Shown: positions 41,163-53,308, counted from the stretch's first letter. The stretch is 64,000 bases of DNA from Eledone cirrhosa (GCA_964016885.1 OZ024748.1:15996001-16060000), one strand, 5' to 3'. Program-made: numbers and translations. Notes: generated by a model not told the origin, from the sequence alone.

Positions 41163-41863
41163 AAATCACACAACACACAAACCAACTCAGTAGTATTCTT
41201 GTATGGTTTATTTCTATTTCTGTTAACATTAAAGCACCAATATTGAATTGTTCATTGCAAAACTATCTATTTTATTGCCACAATCTTTTCATGTCGTATT
41301 TTTCAAAAATCTTCGTCTGACCATCAAATTAATTCCCAAAGATTTGATTTGCTTTCAGTAATTACACAGAATTCAATTTTCAAACCGACTAAAAGAATTT
41401 CGATTTCACTGTTTTTATTTATATATTTATGTATTCGTATATTTATTTATTTATTCTTTTCTTTTTGACAAAATTTTCTCTCTCTTGCAATCTATCTACC
41501 TATCTCTCTCTGTCTCTTTCGCTCCCCATATATCTATATATCTATCTCTCTCTGTCTCTTTCACTCCCGATATATCTATCTATCTATCTATCTCTGTCTC
41601 TCTCGCTCCCCTATCTATCTATCTATCTCTCACTATCTATCCACCAATCTCTCTATCTCTTTCTCTCAACCTATCTATTTACCTGTCTATATACCGATGT
41701 ACCTATATACCAATCTCTCTCCCTCTTCATCAATCTATCTATCTATCTATCTATCTCAACCTACCTATCTCAACCTACCTATCTACCTACATATCTATCT
41801 ACCTACCTAACTACCTATCTATCTATATATCTACATATCTATCTATTTATCTACCAGTCTATC

Positions 41864-41901
<38 letters not shown>

Positions 41902-41945
41902 ATACGATATATTAACAAATGGAAACTATATTTATAAAACCATAT

Positions 41946-42010
41946 TATTTCATTATACATATTTCAAGGACACCAAGTTAAATTATGGTGTGCTTTCATC
42001 AGATAAAATA
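41946..42010 (-). ncRNA. Type I hammerhead ribozyme, family B (left arm of fold-back 41901-42310)
   Basis: Reverse complement of 42111-42175. Confidence 0.8.
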
Positions 42011-42110
42011 TAATATAGATAAAATATAATACTATCCGGGAGCTTCCAACAGAAATGGTCGCATTCTTTAAGGGTATGTCAATATTTATTTATAAAACTG
42101 ATCTATATTA

Positions 42111-42175
42111 TATTTTATCTGATGAAAGCACACCATAATTTAACTTGGTGTCCTTGAAATATGTATAATGAAATA
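42111..42175 (+). ncRNA. Type I hammerhead ribozyme, family B
   Basis: uauuuuau CUGAUGA aagcacacca-uaauuuaacu-ugguguccuu GAAA uaugu AUA augaaaua. Confidence 0.8.
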
Positions 42176-42961
42176 AATATGGTTTTATAAATATAGTTTC
42201 CATTTGTTAATATATCGTATTTTTACTCCAATAATTTGTTGAGTGCTTTATATCAGTTATAAAAATATTTGCTTGTTGTATCCCAACAAATTAAATAGAA
42301 CTTTTACATATATATATATATCTGTCTATCTACCTATCTATCTCTCTGGTTGTGGAACATTAAGTTAAATCCTTCTAGTGTAGTTTGTGGAACTGGTTTC
42401 TCACCGTTTCTCTTGTCAGACATGATTGAGTCAGTGAGAATTAGAAGTCTAATGTTTTAAGTCGATTTGTTTATAAGCATTAAGAACAATAGTTTGATGG
42501 AACATAAAAACTGCTAGTTTAGCTGACACTAAACTACAATTTGTTTCTTTCAACTGGCCATGAAGTCTGTTTGATCTGAAAATTCTCTTGTGTTCTTCAA
42601 GAAAGCAACCTTTGTGATTGGGTATTGGTTGTGAGTTAGTCATTCATTCATGTTTAGTCATTCTTCCAATCAGCAGAAATAATGGCGGCGGGTAGGGTGG
42701 AGAGGGGAGAGGAGAGAATGTCTGAAACTCTGAGACATTACCATGAAGAATATAGTTAAGTGGATGGTGGTGGTCATGGCTGGGATAGTGTGTAGGAACA
42801 GCTGCCTAATTTGAGCAAAATCTTTTAACATAATATATCTGTGTGATATGTGTGTGTAGGGTGATGGGTATATATATATATAGTGAAAAATTGAACGGGA
42901 ACAAAACAGAGAGGCAGTACAAACAAATGTTTATTAGTTTCACGCTCTTGAGAGTGGGGTG

Positions 42962-43023
<62 letters not shown>

Positions 43024-43038
43024 TTATATATACAAGAT

Positions 43039-43478
43039 GGACATGCCTACAAGATAAGAAAACAGCACAGCTCCCATGACTTTCGCAGACATTTTTTCAC
43101 GCTCAGAGTTGCTGAAACATGGAACAAACTGCCTGCGTCAATTGTTAGCTGCCGAGACACTGCATCCTTTAAGACAGTCATGCTTCCCGAAATACGCCAA
43201 AACTACACCTGATGTGCCCCTTCCATACACATGCACACGTGTGCACTGTTCATTTTACTGATGTTTGTGCATTGCCCTATGTACTGTACATGCACTTTTT
43301 TGATGGGTTGTGGTGCACCTGGGCACTGTGCACAATATTTCATTATTGTTATTGTTATTATATCATGACTCATACACTGTTTATTTTCCTGACATTTGTA
43401 CATTATTCTATGTACTATACATGCACCTTTGATGAGTTGTAGTGCACCTGAGCACTGTACACAATAATTTCATTATTT
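43039..43478 (+). mobile_element. CR1-type LINE 3' end with duplicated 3' terminus
   Basis: GHAYKIRKQHSSHDFRRHFFTLRVAETWNKLPASIVSCRDTASFK...* (stop 43210-43212); terminal gtgcacctg(g/a)gcactgt(g/a)cacaat occurs twice. Confidence 0.85.
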
Positions 43479-43624
43479 CATATAGATAGATATATTATAT
43501 ATATATATCATAAAGATATATATATATTATATATATCTATATGTATACCTCTCTCTCTATATATATGTATATATAAATGAAAGGATTACAAAAGAGAATA
43601 TATACTGTCAGAACATGTTTATAT

Positions 43625-43775
43625 AAAAGCACCTGGATCCGAACTAGGTGTCGGAATGGCCGGAGTTCAGCCAGCGGGGTCCTGAATCTTTTCATATTAC
43701 CCACTCTACTAACCCAGGTATTGAGTACTCTGGTGGGTTATGGTCCACCTGGTTTTTTACCACACCCTATCTTAT
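43625..43775 (+). mobile_element. Family A element fragment (degenerate HHR 3' half plus tail)
   Basis: cggggtcctgaatc...cccactctactaacccaggtattgagtac...tggtccacctgg...accacacc, TA-flanked. Confidence 0.6.
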
Positions 43776-43960
43776 ATATAAGATCTTAACAAAAATGCAT
43801 GTTACCTAGGGTTTTAAACTTCAACCAGCATAGGACATTCTAAGAACTTATCCATATTCTATATTTTGGCTCCTCTGTACATTACATAGAGTTCTTTTTT
43901 TTCTTTAATCTATTCATTGGAAACTTTTGGCACTTTATATACACACATATATTTATATAT

Positions 43961-44284
43961 CATCATCATCATCATCATCATTTTTTACGTCTGCTTTTCC
44001 CTGCTTGCATGGGTGGGACGGGAACTGATTCTGGCTTGATTTCTACAGCTGGATGCCCTTCCTAACACCAACCTCATTTACAGTGAGTGCTGGGTGCTTT
44101 TTTTTCCGTGGCACCTCCACGACCACTTTGCAGTGGAATGATATGGACCCCAGTCCCTATCATCTCATTTCTACAGCTGAGTAAACTGGAGCAATGTGAA
44201 ATAAAGTGTCTTGCTCAAGGAAACAACACATCACCCGGTCTGAGAATTGAACTCACAACCTTTCGATTGCAAGGCCAATGCTCT
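43961..44284 (-). mobile_element. SINE family II, head truncated at a (TA)n tract
   Basis: Near-identical to the copy at 38271. Confidence 0.85.
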
Positions 44285-44837
44285 ATATATATATATATAT
44301 ATTATATATATATATATATATTATTAATATTGTAAATATATATATATTATATATATATATATATATATAAACATATATAAATACATACACACACACTCAC
44401 AAAAGCACATGCGTGCATCTATACTTACATCCATATACACTCTTACATAGATATATCAGCACATATCTGGTTGATGCACTTATATATCTATATAGATGTA
44501 TATATAGATGTGTGCACGTAGCTTTGTGTGTGTGCATATAAAAGCATATATATATGTATACATATATACCTACATAAATACATATATAAATAGGTCTATG
44601 AAGTTAGCTAAATATATATAATATATATATACATATATGTATATATATTTATACACATTTATTTATTTATATACATATATATATGTATATATATATATAT
44701 ATATATACTTTTATATACATTTATTTATATACATACATTTATATATATATATATTTATACACATTTATTTATTTATATACATACATTTCATCATCATCAT
44801 CATATATATATATATGTTTATACACATTTATTTATTT

Positions 44838-44872
<35 letters not shown>

Positions 44873-45666
44873 GGAAAAGGGATTTGTACCATACTGATGA
44901 TGTAGATGATAATGATGATGATGATGATGTTGATAATGATGTATAGTTTATTGATCCTTCAGTTAGTTTGGTTTGGATCAGTTGTGTAGGTAATAAGTCA
45001 AGCACTGGTTTTCAGATGAATTGTTAATTCTATTTATTTAGAATGATTTGAAACGAGATCAATAAAATACACATGTGTAGATAACGGGTGTGTATTTAAT
45101 CATCTATATCCTGCCGTTTAGAAAACATGCCAAGTTAAAAGAATTTCTACTTGTATCAGAGAATTCTAGTTTAGTTTTAGATCAAATTAGATAACCAAAT
45201 TTCTTGTCTATTTTTGTTTAGCTTGGTAATTCCATCCCAAGCCATCCATTTATTCTTCAATTCTTCCTTGCTCTGTTGTTTTGGTAAATGGAAAGACCTA
45301 GCTCTTTTGTCCAGGTTACAGATCTATATTTGGTAGGTAAACAGTAAGTTTCTTATTCAGATCCTCTTGGATATTGAAACTATTCTGTTTTCAGGTAAAC
45401 AAAACCAACCCCAAAAAATAAGTATCTCTGTATATGCATATATGTGTGTGAGCCTCTCTCTCTCTCTCTCTAAATATATATATATATTTTATTTCAGTTT
45501 ACCTTTTACATACATATATATATCAACGTTTATGTGGACCTCTCAAATTCGTTGGATTCTCAAATTGGATTTTCACTCTGAAAATGATTTTACACCTTAC
45601 CTGAACTTCCACCTGGAAATGTTTACGTATCACCGATATTTTCTATGCATCTTGCATTATTTGATT

Positions 45667-45852
45667 GTGGATTGGCAGTATCGGTAGAGGGTCTGACGCC
45701 ATGCTTTCCAGCATAGTTATGTCCCTCTACGATCTGAGTTCAAATCCTGCCGAGGTTGACTTTGCCTTTCATCCTTACGGGGTCGATAAAATAAAGTACC
45801 AGTAATGTACTGGGTTATTGCTGGCCTTGTGCCTAAAGTAGAAACAATTATT
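45667..45852 (+). mobile_element. SINE family I, short form
   Basis: Matches the family consensus. Confidence 0.85.
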
Positions 45853-45967
45853 TGATTACACCACAACTCATAATCACTTTTCCTCCTTCCACCTTCTCCA
45901 TCACACCATCTCACCAGTCTATTTCTCTCTCACCTGTCTCCTCAATCTTTCTAATTTCTCATTCTTC

Positions 45968-46001
45968 CTTCTGATGAAGGACTCACGTCTGAAACGTTAA
46001 G
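45968..46001 (+). ncRNA. Minimal type I hammerhead ribozyme
   Basis: cuu CUGAUGA a-ggac-ucac-gucu GAAAC GUU aag; stem III is the palindrome AACGUU. Confidence 0.7.
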
Positions 46002-46110
46002 ACTCTCTTCCTGCTATTTCAAATGTTAAACTAATATATTCCATTTACCTTTTATATACATATGTGCGTGCGTGTGTATAAGAACAAAAGATGGTTAAAA
46101 GAGTTCCATG

Positions 46111-46181
46111 TATTTTATTATGCGCATTTCAAAAGCAAATATCATCATGGGATGATATTTGCGTTCTCATCAGATAAAATA
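46111..46181 (-). ncRNA. Intact type I hammerhead ribozyme
   Basis: Minus: uauuuuau CUGAUGA gaacgcaaauaucauc-ccau-gaugauauuugcuuuu GAAA ugcgc AUA auaaaaua; 8-bp stem I, stem II 15 of 16 pairs, palindromic stem III AUGCGCAU. Confidence 0.85.
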
Positions 46182-46225
46182 GGGAGACAATTTGCATTGC
46201 TTTATTGTGTTACAATAAAACTCAC

Positions 46226-46257
<32 letters not shown>

Positions 46258-46523
46258 GTATATAGCGGCGATGAATTAGTTTTGCGAGGTTTTTTATATG
46301 AAATCGTGTATCGAAACAAATATTGTTATACTTGGGGAGGGTCATATTTGTGTAATATTGCCAGAATTAATAACAGAACACACTCACTGTTTGGTTGGTT
46401 TTCGCTTCTCACTGTCTTTTATATCTGTAATCTAACTTACTCAGTCCTCAATGTTGCCATTTACTGACCGACGGTCAAAAATAATATAGATACAATATAG
46501 ACACAAGCACATATATATAGTTT

Positions 46524-46565
46524 ATCATAAATCTTTAGTTGCACATCTGCAACATCGTCAGTGGT
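46524..46565 (-). ncRNA. Degenerate hammerhead (GAAA changed to UAAA)
   Basis: Minus: acca CUGACGA u-guugca-gaug-ugcaac UAAA gau UUA ugau. Confidence 0.45.
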
Positions 46566-46863
46566 GTTATATTTTCCTCCTGTTGTGTTGTATGTCTACG
46601 CCATTTTTTATTCAGTCAGTCTATATATTTATTTATTTATTTGCTTGTTTGTTTATTTTATTTTGTCTTCTTTGCGCATGCGTTTGCATGTGTATAGTGT
46701 TATGTTTGCTGTGTGATGGGTGACTAGTGTGTGTTTATGTGCTTGTTGTTATTGTGCTTGTGTATGTATTTATTTATCTTATTTTATTTACTTATTTATA
46801 CTTCTCTTAGGTCAGTGTTGTTTGTTTGGGTGTTGTTGTTATTCCATTCATATATGTATATAC

Positions 46864-46910
<47 letters not shown>

Positions 46911-47086
46911 GTTCAAGAGTAACCAATCTTAAAGAGAGAGCTTGAGATAGTAGAGGAGATATGAGAGGAAAGATTGGTGAGTTAGTTAGAAGCCAAAGCG
47001 TAAAGGCATGTGCTCAATGTGCAATATGCAGTAGAAAGCAGCTAAGTGGCCAGGTTCATGCAGAGGTTAGGTGCGCAGAGCTGGAA

Positions 47087-47873
47087 ATATTCATTAGTTA
47101 AGCAAAACAAGACCACAAATTTCACAAGGAAGACATTATTAAAAGATTGTCAACATATTTAGTTTGATGTAAGGAATGTAGAGAATAATAATAATAATAA
47201 TAATATTAATAATAATAATGCCCGTTTACTATTGTTTCGCTACTCCATATAATATTTCTGGATCAGATGACTATGTATCATAATTGATCTGGTTAAGTTG
47301 AAAATAATTAACATATTTAAAAAAACAGAGTGGCTCATCGGAACTCAAAGGAATATAAATTAAAATAATGTTACATAATATAATGTTCCATATATTAGTT
47401 TTTACTATGCTGCCTTTGTTTCATCAGCTGTCAGCCATAATCAAGCAGTACTCATCTGTCGAGGCTGCATTGTGTGAGATCTGCCTATGGGTAACAAGAT
47501 GGCTGCCAAAGGGCATATTTACCTTACTAATTAGAGGGTGGTTTCAGGGGAAGTAACTTCTCGAGAAATTAGAGATTGTGTGTATTTTATAGTTAAGTGC
47601 TAGTATTTAAATTATTTAATTGAGAGACAAAGGCAGCATAGTAAAAACTAATATATGGAACATTATTTTCAACTGAACCAGATCAATTATGATACATAGT
47701 CATCTGATCCAGAAATATTATATGGAGTAGCGAAACAATTGTAAACGGGCATTATTATTATTAATAATATTATTATTATTATTCTCTACATTCCTTACAT
47801 CAAACTAAATATGTTGACAATCTTTTAATAATGTCTTCCTTGTGAAATTTGTGGTCTTGTTTTGCTTAACTAA

Positions 47874-47880
<7 letters not shown>
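47087..47880. mobile_element. Large inverted-repeat element carrying a long-stem-II hammerhead (47224-47344, minus)
   Basis: Arms 47087-47422 / 47624-47880; minus guu CCGAUGA gccacuc...gaguagc GAAAC aaua GUA aac; right arm has GAAACAAUUGUA. Confidence 0.65.
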
Positions 47881-47945
<65 letters not shown>

Positions 47946-48218
47946 CATATGTATATATATATGTATATATATGCACACATAGCCATGGCATTTTCATAGT
48001 TTTGGAGTGTCTTGTGGTATAATGATAATTATTCTGATCATTATCCAAAACACTTTGGTCGTTATCTTCATCATTCCTTAATTACCATTCATCAATATAA
48101 TCCATTAATATGCTATACTGTCCTAATTTTCATTTTACTCATTGTCATCACTTTGATCAACATCATTATCAGTATTGTTGCTTTGCAGCATACCTACGGC
48201 TCTTTACATTTTAACCTT

Positions 48219-48417
48219 GGCAGAATCGGAGAGTGTCTGCCAATATACTTAGCAGCATAGAGTTATGACTCTTTGCATTCTGAGTTCAAATCCTGCTGGG
48301 GTTAGCTTTGCCTTTCATCCTTATGGGTTTGAATGTACCTGTAAAGTACTGGGGCCAAATAATCAACTTCCCCTCCACTCCAATTGTTGGATTTGTGCCT
48401 AAATCAGAAACCATTAT
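48219..48417 (+). mobile_element. SINE family I, older long form
   Basis: Matches the family consensus. Confidence 0.75.
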
Positions 48418-48629
48418 CTTTATCATTGACAGACATTGCTCTTTCTCACACCAGAATGTAGCAGACTTAGTATGGCATCTTGTTTAACTCTTAACATCCT
48501 GGACCACACAAAACTGCATTAACAATATATTCTTGAAAAGCACAAAACAACAACAAAACTACATCAAATTAAACATTTCCACAACAAATTTGTCCAATTG
48601 TAAAATTAAACCACAGGAAACCATATTAA

Positions 48630-48850
48630 CCCTTTAGCATTTAAACAAGCCATATCCAGTCAGAATTTTCTCGCCTCATTCTGCTCAAACCAGCTGTAAC
48701 AGGCTGCTCATGCTGATGTTAAGGTATTGTTTTCAAAATAAATAATATCAAAATCTCATAGATTCGATATTATGTGAGATAATTCTGTGAGATAAAGTTT
48801 TTACCATGAAAATACAATAGTAAATATAGAGTAATTTAAATGCTAAAGGG
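48630..48850 (+). mobile_element. piggyBac-type MITE family 1, intact (221 bp)
   Basis: TTAA-ccctttagcatttaaa ... tttaaatgctaaaggg-TTAA: perfect 16-bp TIR and TTAA TSD. Confidence 0.9.
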
Positions 48851-49019
48851 TTAACAAGACATTCTTGAAAAGTACAAAACAAGAAGACTGCATCAGATTA
48901 AACATTTTCACAACAATTTGTCCACTAGTAAATTTAAACCACATGAAACTTGACTTGCACAAAACAGTATTATGATTGCATCACATTAAAAATTGAAGTC
49001 CTTAATTTAATTTACTCCT

Positions 49020-49555
49020 CTGGAAGTAAATTACAGGGAAATTTTCACAACAGATGCCATAACTTGAGAAATTGTCTCAGTTCTCTGGAATTTGGTTACA
49101 GGGAAATTTCTAAAACAAATATCACAATAAGGAAACATCTAACTTTTCTAGTAGTTACAGGAAAATTTCTAGAACAGATGTCACAATTAGGAAACAGGTG
49201 TAGTTCTATGGAATTAGGTCACAGTGAAATTTCTAGAACAGATAACACTCCTAGAAAACAGATGTAGTTCTTTAGAATTAAGTCACAGTTAAATTTCTAC
49301 AACAGATGTCACTACTAGGAAACAAATGTAGGTCTTTGGAATTAGGTTTCAGTGAAATTTCTAGAACAGATGACACTCCCAGAAATCAGATTCAGTTTTC
49401 TGGAAGTAGTAGACAGATAAATTTCTATAAAATATGTCACAATTAAGAAACAGACTTAGTTTTCTGGAAGTTATGGGAAAATTTCTAGAACGGATGTCAC
49501 AAAAAGTGGGGGAAACAGAGCCAGTAGATTACAGTCAAATTTGTAGAACTGACCT
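49020..49555. repeat. ~60-bp degenerate tandem repeat (aaatttctagaacagatgtcacaattaggaaacagatgtagttc...)
   Basis: About 8 recognisable units. Confidence 0.75.
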
Positions 49556-51033
49556 CAGAAGTTAAAAGCTGAAACTGACTCAGTTCTCTGTGAGAAGCAG
49601 GTTAAAGTGAAATATATCTCACTGACAGAAATTACAACTATGATGCACAGAAAATTCTCTGGAAGTTTACTGTAAATCTTTAGTATTCACTGTTTTCAGA
49701 GCATGAAATAAAAATAAAAGGAGTAAAACGAAAATAATATAAAAAAAACCACAAAGTTCTTGTGTCTGTAATACTTTAGAAATATTTACTTTATAGGTAA
49801 TATATAAGCAAATGTTATTAAAAACCTCTCCAGTCTGTAGGTTTTACTGAATGAAAAATATTCTTTCATTTTCTTCTTCTTCTTCAGTTGAACATAGTTG
49901 GTGTGTGTGTGTGTGTATTGGTCTAATGAAATCTGAAGTTTTATAGGAGTAAAGAATAAATGTTATATATATATATACATATATATATACATATATATAT
50001 ACATATATATATACATATATATATACATATATATATACATATATATATACATATATAAAGAAAAAAAACCAACAAAGTAAATGTACAAAAACCTGTGCTA
50101 CTGCTCAACAAATATATATATATATATTTATATATATAAAACAACAATAATAATAATGAGAAGAAGAAGAAATAAAGGAAAGGATTTATTGATTATCAAG
50201 ATTCAGGTAGCAAAACAATCTTAAATAGATAGTATCCCCCCCTCCCTTGCCCCCAACAAAAAATGAACTAAAGTGCAGAATCTGCATAAAACTGAATTGG
50301 TAAAACACACACATACAAACACACAGACATGGAAACTCACACATACACATACATTCACACACTTACAAACACACACAGACTCAAACACATAAAAGCACAC
50401 AGTCACAGACACAAAATCGAACACGCAGACACTGATACACACAAATTCAAACACATATTAATAGTATAAATGAATGTCATCATTGGCATCATCCTCATCA
50501 TCATCGCCATCATCATCATTATCATTATCATATCCATTGTCCTTATCATCATCATCATTATCATCATCATCATCGTTACCAACATCATCATCGCCATCAT
50601 CATTATCATTATCATATTCATTGTCCTTATCATCATCATCGTTATCATCATCATCATCGTTACCAACATCATCATCATCGTCATCACCATCATAAGCTCT
50701 CTTGTGTTCCCACCAAGCTGTCATGGGTTGTACAAACATTTTAAAGGCAATATTCTATAGACAGATGCCTTTATTTTTGCCAAACCTCACATTATTTGTC
50801 TTCTTTTAAGTAAAGTACAGATAGATCTTTGCAAGTCTTATTGTTCAGCAGTGGCATGTCTGTTTATGCAGAATGCATACAAATATTGCTACCAGCATTG
50901 TCAGATGTGAAGAGAACAACTCCACAGACGAACTCACTCCCACAAACACACCCATATACACCCATATACACCCATATATATGTCATTGTTATTCTATTAC
51001 TGTGTTCGTTTTTTCTTTGAACTCTCTCTCTCA

Positions 51034-51075
<42 letters not shown>

Positions 51076-51116
51076 ATACAAAGACGATTTGTTATGCCTT
51101 CATTACATTTATTGAT

Positions 51117-51203
51117 TGGTGACATGCATTTCGTTATTGATCAGCTCAAGGTTCGATCTGTATCGATCCGGCCTGACTCTGGAATCAAAAGCTCGTCGGA
51201 CCA
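51117..51203 (-). ncRNA. Hammerhead with extended stem II (core variant CCGACGA)
   Basis: Minus: uggu CCGACGA gcuuuugauu...gaucaauaac GAAA ugcau GUC acca, in a TA-flanked island. Confidence 0.6.
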
Positions 51204-51364
51204 CTGCTGTTGTACCTGGATATATATATATATGCAAAAGTTTTATTTAAGATTGTTGGGTTACAACGAGTAAATATTTTATAACTGATATAAAAGCACT
51301 CAACAGTTTCTGGAGTAGGTTTACGATATTAAACAAATGGAAACTATATTTATAAAACCATATT

Positions 51365-51430
51365 TATTTCGTTATATATATTTCTGGGATATCATATTAA
51401 AAATATGGTATGCCTTCCTCAGACAAAATA
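51365..51430 (-). ncRNA. Type I hammerhead, family B (left arm of fold-back 51235-51688)
   Basis: Reverse complement of 51580-51645. Confidence 0.72.
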
Positions 51431-51579
51431 CAATACATAAGCTGTTTTATAAATAATTATTGACATACCTTATAATAATGCAACTTCATAACAGTTTCAC
51501 TACCAAATCAACTTTTTAAATGGAAGTTGCATTATTATAAGGTATGTCAATAATTATTTATAAAACAGCTTATGTATTC

Positions 51580-51645
51580 TATTTTGTCTGAGGAAGGCAT
51601 ACCATATTTTTAATATGATATCCCAGAAATATATATAACGAAATA
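51580..51645 (+). ncRNA. Type I hammerhead, family B
   Basis: uauuuugu CUGAGGA aggcauaccauauu-uuu-aauaugauauccca GAAA uauau AUA acgaaaua. Confidence 0.72.
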
Positions 51646-51788
51646 AATATGGTTTTATAAATATAGTTTCCATTTGTTTAATATCGTATATATATATATA
51701 TATATATATATATCCATATGTGGTTGATGGCTGATGACCCTGTGTTAAACAAGCAAAATTCCAGTGTTACAAGACTCACTATTTAGCC

Positions 51789-51822
<34 letters not shown>

Positions 51823-51852
51823 TATATATGTAAATAAATATATATATGTGTA

Positions 51853-51914
<62 letters not shown>

Positions 51915-51929
51915 TATATATATATATAT

Positions 51930-52091
51930 ACGTTTGAATATGTGTAATAAGGCCAAGACAATGCAGGTATGGACATAGAAAAAAGAATGCAATAGTGAAA
52001 TTGCCTTATTAGTGTCTTGGCCTTATTACACATATTCAAACGTTTATACCTCATTACACAATGCTTCAAGTGAACTATAACCTCCTCCTCC
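51930..52091. mobile_element. TA-flanked fold-back element
   Basis: Perfect 31-bp inverted repeat acgtttgaatatgtgtaataaggccaagaca (51930-51960 / 52013-52043), plus tail. Confidence 0.6.
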
Positions 52092-52438
52092 ATATATATA
52101 TATATATATATATGGGGGAGTGTACACCTCATAGTCAATGAACATCCACCCCAACTGAGGTTTAAATAGCCTCACCACACCTGCAACTGGCCAAGTGTAG
52201 TGAGTACAGCTACACAACTGACATGACCAAAACTAAACAGAAATTGGTGGAGGTCAACCGTGGAGGGGTTCCACCAACAAGAGAGAGAAGGTCCTCTAGT
52301 GGATTGAACAGTGTTTTGATCTAGTAATAATCCTAATAGTCCACAGCAGAGGAAGAACAGAACATTTATTATAGAGTAAATATAGAAGTTGATATAATCA
52401 ATAACAAAGAACGCCTATGGCATATGCATATCCTTACT

Positions 52439-52484
52439 TGCTAATATTGTTTCATCCGCACTATAAGTGGGACTCATCAGAGCA
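52439..52484 (-). ncRNA. Type I hammerhead ribozyme (imperfect stem III)
   Basis: Minus: ugcu CUGAUGA gucccacu-uau-agug(c)ggau GAAAC aau AUU agca. Confidence 0.65.
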
Positions 52485-52953
52485 TAAAGGTTGATTACAT
52501 ATCACACAAGCAATAACAAATCCAAGACATTGAAGAAATAAAGAATAAAAAATAATAAAAGATAAAAAATATAAAAAATATTGAGGAAGTAAAAATAAAA
52601 ATAAACATTGAAAAATAAACATTGAAAAATAATTGAAAAATAATTGAAAAATAAGGGGTGCTATCAGTCACAGTTGGGCGGGTGCTGTCAACATATAGTT
52701 ACATACAAGCATACACATAGATAAGAGAACAGACAAGAATAGATAAGATAGATAGGAGTAGGTAAGAATAGATAAAAAATAGGTGAAAAATAGGTAAAAA
52801 ATAGACATATAATATATATAAGAAAATATAAAAAACATACATATAAAATATACAGATAATAGTGATACAGGGTAAGGAATGACATAAAATAAAATTAAAT
52901 TAAATTAAAATTAAAATTATATATAAGTTGATATATTCATATTTCTACAACGT

Positions 52954-53005
52954 AGCTACAATGAAGAGGCTTAACAAACACTTGCTTTGCTGAAACACTG
53001 TAGCT
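52954..53005 (+). ncRNA. Degenerate hammerhead-like relic
   Basis: agcuaca AUGAAGA ggc...gcu GAAAC ac uguagcu; 7-bp stem I, damaged core and triplet. Confidence 0.35.
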
Positions 53006-53148
53006 TTGTTGTAAGAAAATAAATCAATCAACTTATGTATTTATATTTACTTTATTATGAATATTGAGTTCTTTCTCCTTTGTTTACTATTATGCATACA
53101 CACACATGCATATATATACACACACATACATATATATATATAAATATT

Positions 53149-53308
53149 GGTTGGTGTTAGGAAGGGCATCCAACTGTAGAAAACCTGCCAGACAGTCCTA
53201 TGCGAGCAAGACAATCACTCTTGCCTCAAGTGGGACTACCCCCGTCCAAACCCATGCAAGCGTGGAACACGGACGTTAAACGTTGATGATGATGATGATG
53301 ATGATGAT
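53149..53308 (+). mobile_element. Family III 3' fragment with RTE-type tail
   Basis: Homolog of 10570-10735. Confidence 0.7.

Noticed and set aside
45007-45066. Hammerhead-like CAGAUGA...GAAAC
   Set aside because: Variant core, weak stems I and III, and no second copy in the window
46925-47085. Minus-strand CR1/L2-like C-terminal remnant (NLPSHISS..SLFK-like)
   Set aside because: Similarity is too weak to call without a search
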